This document shows positions 1 through 11,010 of a stretch of DNA of 64,000 bases, piece by piece. The stretch is from positions 1,312,001 through 1,376,000 of the forward strand of contig CAWBKB010000001.1 in NCBI GenBank assembly GCA_963789265.1. Direction: 5' to 3'. This stretch comes from an uncultured delta proteobacterium. GTDB lineage: Bacteria > Desulfobacterota > Desulfomonilia > Desulfomonilales > Desulfomonilaceae. The notes beneath the pieces are model-generated. The model saw only the letters and a program-made list of their open reading frames with translations, searched no databases and was not told the DNA's origin. Position 1 is the first letter of the stretch, and the number at the start of each line of letters is the position of its first letter. The position numbers and the translations under genes are program-made.

Positions 1-1417
1 TCACGATCTAATAAGCAGCTCAAGTACCTCCTTGAAAAAGGACAGACGGGGATCGACGTGATCGGCGACAGCCCCACGCAGGCCTGTATGGATCCTGACC
101 ACCCGCTTGCAGTGAATACCGTGGGAACGCAGGGCGTATCTCTGTGTTGCCTAAACGACTACAGGGAGCTGTACAGAGACATTCCCTTGGGAGCCATTTC
201 CATTTCTTCGTCAGTTCCCGCCGCATTTGCGCTGCCGGGGTTGTATCTCGTGGCCAAGGAAAATGGTTTTCCTCCGGACAAATTGAGAGGCTCGGTGCTT
301 CAGGCACCATTCTATGCTGAGGATTGCGGGTATGCGATGGGCATGCCCTTTAGCCTGCGGCTGAGGCTCTCATCGGATTCCATAGCGTTTTGTGCCGGAG
401 AGACGCCGAAGTTCCATTCATTCGTGGAGGACACCTATTTTTTCAGCGAAACCGGGCTGAACGTGGTGGAAGAGATGGCCCTGGGGTTTGTCGAACTCAG
501 GCATTTGGTGCGTGAAGTGCTCAACTTGGGTGTGGACATAGACAGCTTCGCCCCCAGGATTGCTATCCTGGTCAACTGTGGTTCTGGATTTTTTTGAAGA
601 AATTGCAAAAATACGAGCCACCAGAAGGCTTTTCGCGAGAATGATGAAGGAGGAGTTTGGCGCCAAAGATCCCCGGTCGTGGGCAGTAGCCATTACCTGT
701 CATACGTCGGGCCTGTCCCTCACCGCACAGCAGCCGGCCAACAACATTGTCCGCGGGACACTTCAAGCTGTGGCGCTGGTGCTGGCGGGCGTGGACGCGT
801 TGGAGATTTCCGCCTTTGACGAAGCGTACAGGACGCCCAGCCCGGAATCTCACCTCGTGGCATTGAGGACACAACAGGTTATCCATCTTGAGTCGAACGT
901 TTCAAAAGTGGCTGACCCGCTAGGTGGGTCTTACTTCGTGGAAGCCCTTACGGATGAGACGGAAAAACGTATCTGGGACATGATTATGGAAATCGAGGCG
1001 AAAGGGAATCCTGCGGAGTTGTCTGACAGCGGGTGGTTTAGGAGATTCTTTGAGGAGCGCATGGACAGATATTACAGCCGGATCAGAAGCGGTGAACTGG
1101 CAAAGGTTGGGGTGAACGCGGATGTTGTGCCCGATCACGAAGACAATCTCCTGCGCGATGTAGCGGAGCTCAAGATCGAGCCATGCTGGGCACACGTGGA
1201 GCACATAAAGGAATTCAAAAGGAAACGCAGGCGGAAAAGGATCGAGCGTGTACTCCGAAACGTTTATGACAAGGCCAAAACGGAAGATGAGAACCTGATA
1301 TATCCAATCATGGCCGCTATGGAATCGGAGGCAACCGTGGGGGAAATTGCGGGGGTGCTGCGCATAGCCTATGGTTTTCCCTACGATCCCCACGGTCTGA
1401 TGGAATCACCGTTTTAA
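1..1417 (+). CDS. Methylmalonyl-CoA mutase-family large subunit (B12-dependent acyl-CoA mutase); 5'-truncated, +1 frameshift near 581-583
   Basis: Frame 1 is open from base 1 (SNKQLKYLLEKGQTG) through VDIDSFAPR; frame 2 continues DFFEEIAKIRATRRLFA..HTSGLSLTAQQPANNIVR..ALRTQQVI..ADPLGGSYFVEALT, all typical mutase motifs. Confidence 0.88.
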
Positions 1418-1430
1418 GGAGCCGTTCGTC

Positions 1431-1892
1431 ATGCATAGGATCAGAGTACTGATCGGTATTTTGGGTTTAGATCAACACGAGGTGGGTGCAGTCGCAGTGT
1501 CGAGAATGCTCAGGGACGCGGGAATGGAGATCATTTATGCCGGAAGATTCAACATGCCTGCAATGATCGTTGAATCGAGCATTCAAGAAGCTGTGGACTT
1601 GATCGGCCTGAGTTGTCATTCGTGGGAGTACCTCTATTTCGTTCCTCAACTCATAAAACTACTTGCAGAGCGGAATCCGGGAATACCGGTCGTCGTCGGT
1701 GGATCGATAATAACCCCCGGCGATCGTGTGAAACTTGCGGAGATGGGGGTTGCTGCGTCCTTTGGGCCGTCGTCTTCGGCCAAAGAAATCGTCGAAACAA
1801 TACGGGGCTTGGCAGCAAAAGGAGTCTATGCCGCTGCGCCAACGAAGGCATTGCCCGCAGATGAAATCGACGAGTCGGTCAGGGTGGACTAA
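1431..1892 (+). CDS. Cobalamin-binding small subunit of acyl-CoA mutase
   Basis: DxHxxG motif (LDQHEVG), RDAGMEIIY, GLS and VVVGG motifs; AAGGAG RBS. Confidence 0.92.
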   Translation: MHRIRVLIGILGLDQHEVGAVAVSRMLRDAGMEIIYAGRFNMPAMIVESSIQEAVDLIGLSCHSWEYLYFVPQLIKLLAERNPGIPVVVGGSIITPGDRVKLAEMGVAASFGPSSSAKEIVETIRGLAAKGVYAAAPTKALPADEIDESVRVD

Positions 1893-1973
1893 ATCGGATT
1901 CGATGTTCCCACAGAAACGTTGCGCAATGAAATGCCTCGATAGAACACGTGAAAAACAGAAGGAGGTCGAATT

Positions 1974-3536
1974 ATGGCTCTGAATCCATTGCAAGAGAAC
2001 TTGTTGAGGCGAGCAACCTTAGGAGATCTGGTGACGAGATCTGCTTTAAGGTTTGGCAATCGAGTTGCCTTGGTTGCCGGACAAGAGATGGTTGATTTCA
2101 AGACGCTCAATGAAAAGAGCTGCAGGGCCGCCAACGCATTTCTGGAAATGGGGATAGCCAAAGGAGACCGCGTTGCCTTCATGACTCACAACTGTTTGGA
2201 TTATATCTATTGCCGCCTCGGCCTGAGCAAAATCGGAGCAGCGCCGGTACCACTTAATTTCATGCTCAAAGGGGAGGAAATAGTCTACATCATTCAAGAT
2301 TCCGAGCCTAAGGCTTTTTTTGTAGAGGATTCTCTTGTGGAGTCCGTCATTCCTGTCAAACCAAGGCTTTCCAGTGTGCAGCAGTTTGGGTGGTTCGATT
2401 TTGGTTCAGGGAAACCGATTCCGGCTGATTTCGCCAATATGAAGAATTTTCTGTCGGATAAGTATCCGGATACAGAACCGGAAGTTGTGATCGATTCCGA
2501 CGACATGGCTACCTTGATGTACACTACGGGTACCGAGAGCTTCCCAAAAGGTGTTGTGACCACTCATCTCAATTACTATATGAGTATGTTCCATCTGGCA
2601 TGCGATTGCGATTTCAGGCGGGAAGACGTTTTGCTCATTGATATTCCGCTCTTTCACGTCGCCGGGACAACTGTTCTGCTTGCTTCTATGACGTTCGGCT
2701 CAAGAGCCGTCATCGCCTACGCGCCTGATCCGATGAACATTCTGCGGACAACTGAAGCGCACAAAGTTACAATGTGGATCTATCCTCCTACCCTATACCA
2801 TGCTTTGCCCACTATTCCAGGATTCGAACGGTTCGACCTGTCCTCACTGAAGAAATGCATCTCATTTGGATCTGTCATGGCTCCGGGCATTCTGGAAAAG
2901 TGGAAAACTATCAAATCGGATATTCAGTGGCGTAATTACTGGGGACAGACTGAAAGCTCTCCGGTGGGTACCACATCGGCACCGGAGGATTTTGAAGAAA
3001 AAATAAATTCCATCGGGATTTCAGACACTGGGGTAACCGTAAAAGTCTTTGATGAAAAAGATCAGGAACTGCCCCCAGGCGATGTTGGGGAGTTGGTAAT
3101 TCGAGGGCCGGCTGTGATGAACGGCTACTGGAAGAAAGAAGAACTCACACAGAAGACATTGGCCAATGGGTGGCTCCATACCGGTGATATGGGATTCATG
3201 GATCAGGATGGATACTTCCACTTTACCGATCGTAAGAAGGACATGATTAAAACAGGAGGAGAGAATGTTTCCTCACAGGAAGTGGAATCCGTCATTATCG
3301 GTCACCCCCATGTGGGCCAAGTTGCGGTAATCGGACAGCCTGATGAATATTGGTCGGAGGCTGTCTCGGCATTCATCGTGCCAAGGCACGGACAGGACAT
3401 CGTACCGGAAGAGATTCTCCTCTTTTGCAAGGAAAGGATGGCAGGCTACAAGATTCCCAAAAGAATCTTTGTTGTGGCTGAACTCCCTATGTCGCCCACC
3501 GGAAAAGTGTTGAAGCGAAAACTGAGAGACGAGTGA
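1974..3536 (+). CDS. AMP-forming acyl-CoA synthetase
   Basis: YTTGTESFPKG, WGQTE, GWLHTGD, DRKKDMIKTGGENV, PTGK motifs; AGGAGG RBS. Confidence 0.93.
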   Translation: MALNPLQENLLRRATLGDLVTRSALRFGNRVALVAGQEMVDFKTLNEKSCRAANAFLEMGIAKGDRVAFMTHNCLDYIYCRLGLSKIGAAPVPLNFMLKGEEIVYIIQDSEPKAFFVEDSLVESVIPVKPRLSSVQQFGWFDFGSGKPIPADFANMKNFLSDKYPDTEPEVVIDSDDMATLMYTTGTESFPKGVVTTHLNYYMSMFHLACDCDFRREDVLLIDIPLFHVAGTTVLLASMTFGSRAVIAYAPDPMNILRTTEAHKVTMWIYPPTLYHALPTIPGFERFDLSSLKKCISFGSVMAPGILEKWKTIKSDIQWRNYWGQTESSPVGTTSAPEDFEEKINSIGISDTGVTVKVFDEKDQELPPGDVGELVIRGPAVMNGYWKKEELTQKTLANGWLHTGDMGFMDQDGYFHFTDRKKDMIKTGGENVSSQEVESVIIGHPHVGQVAVIGQPDEYWSEAVSAFIVPRHGQDIVPEEILLFCKERMAGYKIPKRIFVVAELPMSPTGKVLKRKLRDE

Positions 3537-4056
3537 CTCGAATCAGCGTGACCGATGAAACTTTTCTGCAGCCAAAATGAGATTATTGGGATTAAGATGA
3601 ATAATTAGAGGAGAGGCGCGAGGCCGGACGGGTTGACTTCCTTGCGCCGCCTGAGAGTTTGGTGTCTCAGGCTCTTGCAAATATAGTTATCCAGCCCAAA
3701 ATTGAAATCCTCGAGAGGGGCAAACTCTCAAGGGTTAATGAAATTAGGCTGGTCAAAACATGAACAGGGGCAAAATTATCTTGCCCTCAACTGTAGGAAA
3801 TTACCTAAGCGTGGAAATGCCGGGAAATTCCGGGCTCACACTCCTCAATCGCCTTTGGGAGTTCCCTTCGGTCCGGGTTTCCGCCTATGCAACACTCTGG
3901 TAAGCACGCTTTCCAGTCAAGTCATGAAATCATCTATTTGTTTGTCAACAATTAAGTTTCGTGTACGTGGAACGCTTCCGGTACTCACTACGGACACCGG
4001 GGGAAAAAGTTAATAAAAAAGAGAACCCGGATCGACCGAATTCTCTTGTAATTTTC

Positions 4057-4143
4057 TGGTGCTCGGAGCGAGAGTCGAACTCGCACACCCGTAAGGGCGG
4101 TGGATTTTGAGTCCACTGCGTCTACCGATTCCGCCATCCGAGC
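4057..4143 (-). tRNA. tRNA-Leu (anticodon CAA)
   Basis: Minus strand reads GCTCGGATGGCGGAATCGGTAGACGCA-GTGGA CT CAA AA TCCAC-long variable arm-GCGAGTTCGACTCTCGC-TCCGAGC-ACCA; encoded CCA end. Confidence 0.97.
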
Positions 4144-4247
4144 ACGTTCAAACACCGCATGGCAGATTCGCAAAATGCGAAACCGCACCACGCAGTGGCA
4201 GTATACTCGCGGCACGAGCCTGACGCAAGGTTGAAAATGACATTGTC

Positions 4248-4450
4248 GTAGGCATTCAGATGGGCGCCGGAAAATTGTCATTGCGAGGAGTGCATGGTGG
4301 GACAGGCTTCCAGCCTGTCTATTAGAGATGACGGACAAGATGCCCGTCCCACCGGCAATCTAAGCGGCGTTCAAAGGAAAAGATTGCTTCGTCCCGCGGG
4401 AGGCGGGACTCCCAATGACAACCTCTTCCCGCGCATAAGTGAATGGTCAC
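4248..4450. repeat. Composite palindromic repeat: TGTCATTGCG..CAATGACA element containing a GTGG-type REP doublet
   Basis: TGTCATTGCGAGG from 4276 to CCCAATGACA at 4420, with an inner GGTGGGACAGGC..CCGTCCCACC doublet; right end (AAGTGAATG) shared with copies ending near 42809 and 47030. Confidence 0.7.
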
Positions 4451-4469
4451 ATCGGACGGGCCGTTTTTC

Positions 4470-4498
4470 TTGACATGCATCCGCTGCAAGCCTAGAAT
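4470..4498 (+). promoter_or_regulatory. sigma70-type promoter for the LOG gene
   Basis: TTGACA-17 bp-TAGAAT about 70 bp upstream of the start. Confidence 0.65.
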
Positions 4499-4569
4499 TT
4501 TGCCTCTGAATCGTATCCGGTCAAACCGGGAAGCTGTTGTTACATGTGGACAACAGTGAGGCAGCGTAA

Positions 4570-5226
4570 ATGAGTGACAAGCAGTATGTGATCGATGACT
4601 TGAGTGTGAAAGAAAGCTGGCGAATATTCAGGATTATTTCGGAATTCGTGGAGGGTTTCGAGCATCTTTCCGAGATCTATCCCGCGGTCTCGGTCTTTGG
4701 TTCATCCCGTGTAGCGCAAACCGATCCTGTATATGAATTGGGCCGCGAGGTTGGGCGCCTCCTTGCCCAGGCCGGGTTCTCCGTGGTTACCGGAGGCGGC
4801 CCGGGTGCAATGGAGGCCGCCAACCGAGGCGCAGCCGAAGCCGGAGGCAAGTCTGTGGGGCTGTGTATACATCTCCCGAAGGAGCAGGCAGCCAACCCCT
4901 ACGCAAACATTCGCCTCGATTTCCGCTATTTCTTCATACGCAAGGTAATGTTCGTGAAGTACGCGGTGGCATACGTCATCCTTCCGGGAGGCTTCGGCAC
5001 GCTGGACGAGCTATTCGAGGCTATGACCCTGATTCAGACGGACCGCATAAAGCCTTTTCCGGTAATTCTCCTGGGAAAGGAGTACTGGAAGGACTTGCTC
5101 TCCTGGATAAAGAAAACCATGTCGGTGAAACATGGCATGATATGTCCTGACGACATGGACATGTTTCAGTGCATAGACGATCCGGCCGAAGCGGTGGCCG
5201 CAATCAAGAGGATTGTTATTGTATAG
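4570..5226 (+). CDS. LOG-family (TIGR00730 Rossmann-fold) nucleotide phosphoribohydrolase
   Basis: VSVFGSSR, TGGGPGAMEAANRGA, FFIRKVMFVK, PGGFGTLDE motifs. Confidence 0.93.
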   Translation: MSDKQYVIDDLSVKESWRIFRIISEFVEGFEHLSEIYPAVSVFGSSRVAQTDPVYELGREVGRLLAQAGFSVVTGGGPGAMEAANRGAAEAGGKSVGLCIHLPKEQAANPYANIRLDFRYFFIRKVMFVKYAVAYVILPGGFGTLDELFEAMTLIQTDRIKPFPVILLGKEYWKDLLSWIKKTMSVKHGMICPDDMDMFQCIDDPAEAVAAIKRIVIV

Positions 5227-5591
5227 AGAGTTTCAAAAGAGATGTTCCAATTCGAGGATGATTGGATGTGTGCTCCGTCTGTTCGACAGATGAAGACTCC
5301 CCTGGCGCGGTGCAGGAAAGTCCCGGCAGAGAGATCACTCGAACAGCTCTCCCGGACAGACGAAATAGCTTGGGTGACGCAGCGGGGTCGTCAGAAGAAA
5401 ATTGGGGCATGGCGAGCCATGCCCCTTCATCCAATTTGATTGTCCAGGCCGGCTGTATTAATTCTTCGCGGCCAAACGTCTAACCGGTTATAAAGACCAA
5501 TTCCTCCACATCTCACAAACTCCAAGTCAAGCCCGATCCGACATCGGGTCGGACTAAAGGTTATCAGAGCGCTGTTTCGCAAACATACCAG

Positions 5592-6128
5592 CTACCGACC
5601 CATTGGCGGGTATCCATATCCGTACGCCTCGGCTGGCGGCATCCCCATTGGCTTGCACTTTGATATCTTTGATATCCGCTGGGGACAAGGCGGCGGTCCG
5701 CATGGCGGCATGCACGGGGGTGCACATGCAATTGACGGACAGCACGGCAACGGCTTGCAATCTCCGTTCAACGAAACGCAATTCGCGAGTAGCCGAAAGG
5801 GCGCCGTCACGATCGACAGGAGTCCACACAGAGGGTTAAATCCGTTGAGCCAGCTACTAGATCCGCAATTTTGCTGTCCACATCCCGGAGGCATGCACGA
5901 AGGCATACACGGCGGAGGGCAGGGAGGCGGACAACTGGGCGGCCCGCACATCTGCCCGGGACAAGCCGGGATTCCAGGCCCACATGGAGGCGGAGGCCCA
6001 GGCATTTGAACCTTTATAGGAGGATACATGCTGGGGGGGCCAGGGTGTCTGGCTTGAGCCATGCCCAAACCCACGGTGCCATAGAGGAACAACAAACATG
6101 CAAACAGAGAGAGTATTCGCGCAACCAT
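5592..6128 (-). CDS. Hypothetical exported Pro/Cys-rich protein
   Basis: AGGAG RBS, signal-peptide-like N-terminus ending AQA, low-complexity CPPPC repeats. Confidence 0.7.
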   Translation of the reverse strand: MVARILSLFACLLFLYGTVGLGMAQARHPGPPSMYPPIKVQMPGPPPPCGPGIPACPGQMCGPPSCPPPCPPPCMPSCMPPGCGQQNCGSSSWLNGFNPLCGLLSIVTAPFRLLANCVSLNGDCKPLPCCPSIACAPPCMPPCGPPPCPQRISKISKCKPMGMPPAEAYGYGYPPMGR

Positions 6129-6516
6129 ACCCGTACTCCTTTTCTGAAAAGATTAATGAAATCTTTGTGTTCCCAGATTTAGCAAACGTATAATATCATG
6201 TCTGTTCAAAGTAGTCAATAAAATATCCAAATGATATCGAGTGATGCCAAAATTTAATGATGAAACGGCTGAGCTTTAATTCACGAGACTTCTATGCCGA
6301 CGAAACAACATCCTGCAAGATCGGTCGGTTGGCCTCCAATGACCATCTTTGTGGGAATCCGATGCTCATTGCCGGACAATTTCCAACGTGAACCGCTGGC
6401 TGCGCGCCCCGTCATTGCTCTTGATCTTTCAGTCTATTCACCTATACTTGTTCGCATAAGGCAAGAAATGCTGCCACTGGCCTCATCTTTCGAAACCGAA
6501 CCTTGTGGATCGCACT

Positions 6517-8376
6517 ATGGAACGACCGTATGTCGACATTATCGTTGTGGGAGCCGGCCATGCCGGGTGTGAAGCGGCTCTGGCGTCCTCAAGAATGGGG
6601 CTCTCGGTGTGGATGTACACTCTGAATGCGGACACCATTGGGCTTATGCCTTGCAACCCCTCCATCGGTGGTTTGGGCAAGGGACATCTGGTTAAGGAAA
6701 TCGACGCACTTGGCGGCGAAATGGGGCGGGCCGCGGACGCTTCGTGCATTCAGTATAAAACTCTGGGGACGAGCAAAGGACCTGCGGTACAGGGATCCAG
6801 AATGCAGTGTGACCGCTTGCAATATTCTGCGGCCATGAAGTCCGCGGTGGAGAGGGAGCCGAATCTGCTTGTTCGCCAGGAAATGGTAGACGGTCTCATT
6901 ATCAGTAGCGGCCGGTGTGTCGGCATTCTAGAGAGATGCGGATATGAGGTGAGCGCGTCGGCAGTAGTCTTAGCCACCGGCACTTTTCTCGACGGGGTCA
7001 TTCATATCGGCCAAACCTCGTACGGGGCCGGTCGGGCCGGTGAGTTCCCGGCAAGAGCGCTCGCGTCTCAACTTAAAGAACTTGGCTTTTCCTGGGGCCG
7101 TTTCAAGACCGGAACGCCCCCCAGGCTCAAAGGCTCTACCGTAGATTTCGACGCAATGAATGAGGACGCGGGAGACGCATTAATCCGCCCCTTTTCATTG
7201 CGTACGCCGTCCATAAAACGGCCCCGACGCTCCTGTTTCAGGACATACACCTCGGTACGAACTCACGAGATCGTTCGGCGCAATCTCATGAAATCTCCCC
7301 TATATTCAGGAATAATAAAGGGAATCCCGGCCAGGTATTGCCCGTCGCTCGAGGACAAGGTCGCTCGATTCCCCGAGCGGACGAGGCACCCCGTAGTGGT
7401 GGAACCTGAAGGTCTTCACACTTCGGAAGTGTATTTAAAGGGACTCGGCAATTCTCTCCCTCCCGAGATACAGATAGATCTTGTCCATTCGGTTCCCGGC
7501 CTTGAAGAGGCTGAAATTGTGCGACCAGCGTACGCAATCGAGTACGATTTCATCGATCCCACCTGCTTGAACCTCACCCTGGAATCGAAAGCAATTCGTG
7601 GGCTGTACCTTGCCGGCCAAATCAACGGCACCTCGGGATATGAGGAAGCGGCAGCACAGGGCCTTTGGGCGGGGATCAACGCGGCATGCGCCGTTTCAGA
7701 GAGAGACCCTTTCGTCCTGTTCCGATCGGAAGCTTACATGGGAGTTATGGTGGACGATCTTGTAACACGAGGAGTCAATGAGCCTTATCGTCTCTTCACT
7801 TCCAGGGCCGAATATCGGCTGTTATTGAGAGAGGACAACGCGGCCGAGAGACTCTTGCACAAAGGTCGGACTTTAGGACTCATTTCAGGGGCTCTTGTGG
7901 CCGAACTTGAGGCAAAGCTGCTCGAGGTGGAGGAGCAGACAAAGTTACTCAAAAGCGCGCGAGTCAAGCCGGACCGGATATTAAACGATCTGATACGCGC
8001 CAGGGGCGGGTCGGAGATACGCGAAGCCACCACAGCCGCCAAGTTGCTGAAGCGGCCGGAGCTGAGCATGGACGATTTCGTCTTCCTCGGAATCATAGAA
8101 CCCGGTATGGATCCTTACGTTAATCGACAAATCGAAATTCAGTTAAAGTACGAGGGCTATATAGATCGGCAGACGCGTGAAGCGAACCAATTACAGAAAA
8201 TGGAAAAGATGCATATCCCGGAGGATTTGGACTACGAGCGCGTTGAGGGGCTATCCAGGGAGTTGCGCGAAAGCCTCAAATCTCGGAGGCCCCAATCTCT
8301 AGGGCAGGTTTCACGAATCCCTGGAATTACTCCGGCAGCTCTGAGCGCCTTGATGGTTCGCATCAGACCTCGATGA
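6517..8376 (+). CDS. mnmG: tRNA uridine 5-carboxymethylaminomethyl modification enzyme MnmG (GidA)
   Basis: [64 protein letters not shown]. Confidence 0.96.
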   Translation: MERPYVDIIVVGAGHAGCEAALASSRMGLSVWMYTLNADTIGLMPCNPSIGGLGKGHLVKEIDALGGEMGRAADASCIQYKTLGTSKGPAVQGSRMQCDRLQYSAAMKSAVEREPNLLVRQEMVDGLIISSGRCVGILERCGYEVSASAVVLATGTFLDGVIHIGQTSYGAGRAGEFPARALASQLKELGFSWGRFKTGTPPRLKGSTVDFDAMNEDAGDALIRPFSLRTPSIKRPRRSCFRTYTSVRTHEIVRRNLMKSPLYSGIIKGIPARYCPSLEDKVARFPERTRHPVVVEPEGLHTSEVYLKGLGNSLPPEIQIDLVHSVPGLEEAEIVRPAYAIEYDFIDPTCLNLTLESKAIRGLYLAGQINGTSGYEEAAAQGLWAGINAACAVSERDPFVLFRSEAYMGVMVDDLVTRGVNEPYRLFTSRAEYRLLLREDNAAERLLHKGRTLGLISGALVAELEAKLLEVEEQTKLLKSARVKPDRILNDLIRARGGSEIREATTAAKLLKRPELSMDDFVFLGIIEPGMDPYVNRQIEIQLKYEGYIDRQTREANQLQKMEKMHIPEDLDYERVEGLSRELRESLKSRRPQSLGQVSRIPGITPAALSALMVRIRPR

Positions 8377-8451
8377 ACTACGGACGATCAAGACAAGGCC
8401 CAGGGAATACAGCCCGCCGCCGGCACCGTAGTGTCTCAACCGATGCTATGA

Positions 8452-9282
8452 TTAGAGGTAGAGAAGGTCTATACCTCCAGTGATGGGAACTGTAGCGCCG
8501 GTGATGTAACCCGCGGCATCCGAGGCCAAGAAGATCACCAATGCGGCTACTTCATCGGGGTGGCCCATGCGTTTCATTGGACAACGGCTGCGGTAGCGTT
8601 CCAGCTTTTCCTGGCCTGCCAGCCTAATAGCTTCTGTATCAATGAAACCGGGAGCCACGGAGTTGACCGTGATCCCGTGGCGGGCACCTTCCAGAGCCAG
8701 GGATTTTGTCAGACCTGTGAGACCGGCCTTGGAAGCCCCGTAGCTGGGATGAGCGCAAGCGCCCATGAGGCCGGCGATGGACGACATGTTAATTATCCTT
8801 CCCCAGCCTTTCTCCAGCATCCCAGGCCACACAGCCTTGGCGCAGAGAAATGCACCGGTGAGGTTCACCGTTAGATCTCGTTCCCATCGATCAGGTCTCT
8901 GATCCTCCAACTTGCCCAGGTTCTCCATAATGGCCGCGTTATTGACCAGGATATCCACGGCACCGAATTCTCCAGCGATACGGTCGACGACGGATTGGAT
9001 TTCGCCCGTGTCTGTAACGTCCAATCTCAAGGCGAGGCTCCTGGTCCCCTGGTGTCGTATCTCTTCGGCTGTGGACAGTGTATGTACTGCACCTTCCTTT
9101 TTAAAGTGACTAGCAAGGACGCTGTAATCTGCCCATTGAGCGGGATCTCGATCATTGTCCTCAATAAGAATATCAGTCACCACGACGTTTGCCCCAGCTC
9201 GCCCAAAAGCCAGGGCAATGGCCTGTCCAAGTCCGCGGGAGGCTCCGGTGACCAATGCAGTCTTGCCGGTCAGTGATATCAT
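8452..9282 (-). CDS. Short-chain dehydrogenase/reductase (FabG-like)
   Basis: TGASRGLG, VNNA, YGASK (YxxxK), NSVAPG. Confidence 0.92.
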   Translation of the reverse strand: MISLTGKTALVTGASRGLGQAIALAFGRAGANVVVTDILIEDNDRDPAQWADYSVLASHFKKEGAVHTLSTAEEIRHQGTRSLALRLDVTDTGEIQSVVDRIAGEFGAVDILVNNAAIMENLGKLEDQRPDRWERDLTVNLTGAFLCAKAVWPGMLEKGWGRIINMSSIAGLMGACAHPSYGASKAGLTGLTKSLALEGARHGITVNSVAPGFIDTEAIRLAGQEKLERYRSRCPMKRMGHPDEVAALVIFLASDAAGYITGATVPITGGIDLLYL

Positions 9283-9294
9283 AGTGACAGCCCT

Positions 9295-9550
9295 CTATCG
9301 TTTCTCAGGCAGATCTATGCGTGTCCCATCTTCGGCGATGATCACTCGAATCAAGAAGCCTTCTTGCACGGCCTCGAGACACAAATCCTCACTCACCGGA
9401 AACCGGTCCCAGGTCTGTTCCAGGCATGAGATGACATAGTACGGATCAAAGGCTTGATTCGGGCCTGTGTCCCCTCCACAGGGGTCGCGTGCTTCTCTCA
9501 AAACAGGGGCCCGTGGCAACCTATGGCATTGATCTCAGCTACAATCCTTC
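9295..9550 (-). pseudogene. Small disrupted ORF, possibly a degenerate or mis-assembled ferredoxin
   Basis: AAGGAGG RBS near 9556-9562 on minus strand; removing several homopolymer bases yields DQCIGCTACFE; later PYYVI and LCLEA. Needs multiple indels, so tentative. Confidence 0.3.
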
Positions 9551-9630
9551 AGGGCCTCCTTGAACTAAATCGACGGAGCGGAACTGATAACGGTCTCAAC
9601 AGGTTCACCACTCCCGCCTGCGGCCACCAA

Positions 9631-10989
9631 TCAGCGTTTCGTGCGACCCTGAAGCGGTCTCCAGGATGTCTCGACGACACCAAGTTCCTTTTTCCACCAG
9701 GGCCGATCGAGCGCAGGCATAGGGGCTCTCATCATCCCCTCGGGTATCAAGGATTCGTGCGGTTGTCTGGGGCCAATCCGGTATTCGTCCATTGTGTATT
9801 CTCGGCCCAGGTTAGGATTGTCCGGACAGGCGGGGCCCAGTCCCGAAAGGCAGCGCATCAGGCAAGTATTGCAGCGTTTGCATCGCTGTATTTCCTTCAC
9901 CCGCCCTTCCATCAACTTTTTGGGGTAGTCCGGATCACAAAAGAGCTGTCGTCCCAACGCCTGAACGTCGAATTTGCCGTCGGCAATGTTTTGGTTCGCT
10001 TTGTCAGGATTGTGTTGAGAAGCAACGATGATGGGAATCTTAAGCTCTTTCTTGAAGGCTTCGCCGTGCTCGGGAATATGCTTGGCGCGATCTCCGTCGG
10101 TGATGAGATGTCCACCTTCTTCGTAACCCGCACCGTCGGACAGACTGATGTAGTCGGCGCCTCGGGTCTCCAGATCTTTGGCAACGTCAATCATCTCCTC
10201 TTCGGTCAGTCCGCCTGCCATGTGCTCTTCAGCGCTAATGCGAACGCCAACTGCAACGCCGGGACAGGCATAACGAATCTGCTCTATGATCTCGTTGAGG
10301 AATCGCTTTCGGTTACGCCACTCGCCGCCGTACATATCGGTCCGCTTGTTGCTCAGCGGTGAAAGGAACTGATGTTCCAGGTATCCGTGCGGTGCGTGGA
10401 TTTCAATTACATCAAACCCAGCGATAACGGCAAGTTGGCAGCTTGCCGCGAACTCTTTCTGCTCACTGCGTATTTCCTCAATTGACATCTCCCGTGTCAT
10501 CTGCCCGACCAGGAATGTGCGCGGGTGTTCCACTATTTTCCATGCTTCGGCTATTCCTTTGGCAGCTTTGTCCATAGTGATCTCGTACGGCAGTCCTCCG
10601 GTGGCCGCGGGCGCGAGTTTCGAGTGATCGTACGAATGACCTTGACGTCCAAATCCGATTGTCATTTGGGCGGCGGCCCTGGCGCCAAAATAGTGAATTC
10701 GATCGGTCAACATGGCGAGTCCCTGGAGATGTCCGTGGTGAAAGCAGTACAAGTTGCGGCCCCACACGAACTCTGAAGCGAGTCTTGTGCCCATAATGGC
10801 GCCGGTGCTTACCATTGCCGCTCCGCCCTTGGCGCGTGCCGCAAAATAGGAGAGCATCTGCTCGGTGGCTTCGCCATCAACTCCCGAGAAGGTTTCGTTC
10901 ATGGGGGCCAGTACAATTCGGTTCTTCAGTTCGATCGGGCCGACCCCAATCGGGCTCAAAAGATGTTCATAACTCTTAGACTCGGACAC
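9631..10989 (-). CDS. NADH:flavin oxidoreductase (Old Yellow Enzyme family) with C-terminal Fe-S motif
   Basis: LKNRIVLAPM, ARAKGGA, GFDVIEIHAPHGYL, NKRTDMYGG, C-terminal CKRCNTC..C. Confidence 0.92.
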   Translation of the reverse strand: MSESKSYEHLLSPIGVGPIELKNRIVLAPMNETFSGVDGEATEQMLSYFAARAKGGAAMVSTGAIMGTRLASEFVWGRNLYCFHHGHLQGLAMLTDRIHYFGARAAAQMTIGFGRQGHSYDHSKLAPAATGGLPYEITMDKAAKGIAEAWKIVEHPRTFLVGQMTREMSIEEIRSEQKEFAASCQLAVIAGFDVIEIHAPHGYLEHQFLSPLSNKRTDMYGGEWRNRKRFLNEIIEQIRYACPGVAVGVRISAEEHMAGGLTEEEMIDVAKDLETRGADYISLSDGAGYEEGGHLITDGDRAKHIPEHGEAFKKELKIPIIVASQHNPDKANQNIADGKFDVQALGRQLFCDPDYPKKLMEGRVKEIQRCKRCNTCLMRCLSGLGPACPDNPNLGREYTMDEYRIGPRQPHESLIPEGMMRAPMPALDRPWWKKELGVVETSWRPLQGRTKR

Positions 10990-11010
10990 TGCTCTTCTCC
11001 TTTCTTGTAG

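Noticed and set aside
3710..3900. Possible c-di-GMP riboswitch or ncRNA (GGGCAAAC)
   Set aside because: The rest of the motif is absent and there is no co-oriented downstream gene.
3540..4056. Genomic island integrated at the tRNA-Leu 3' end
   Set aside because: No integrase and no duplicated tRNA end within the window; it cannot be excluded beyond the left edge.
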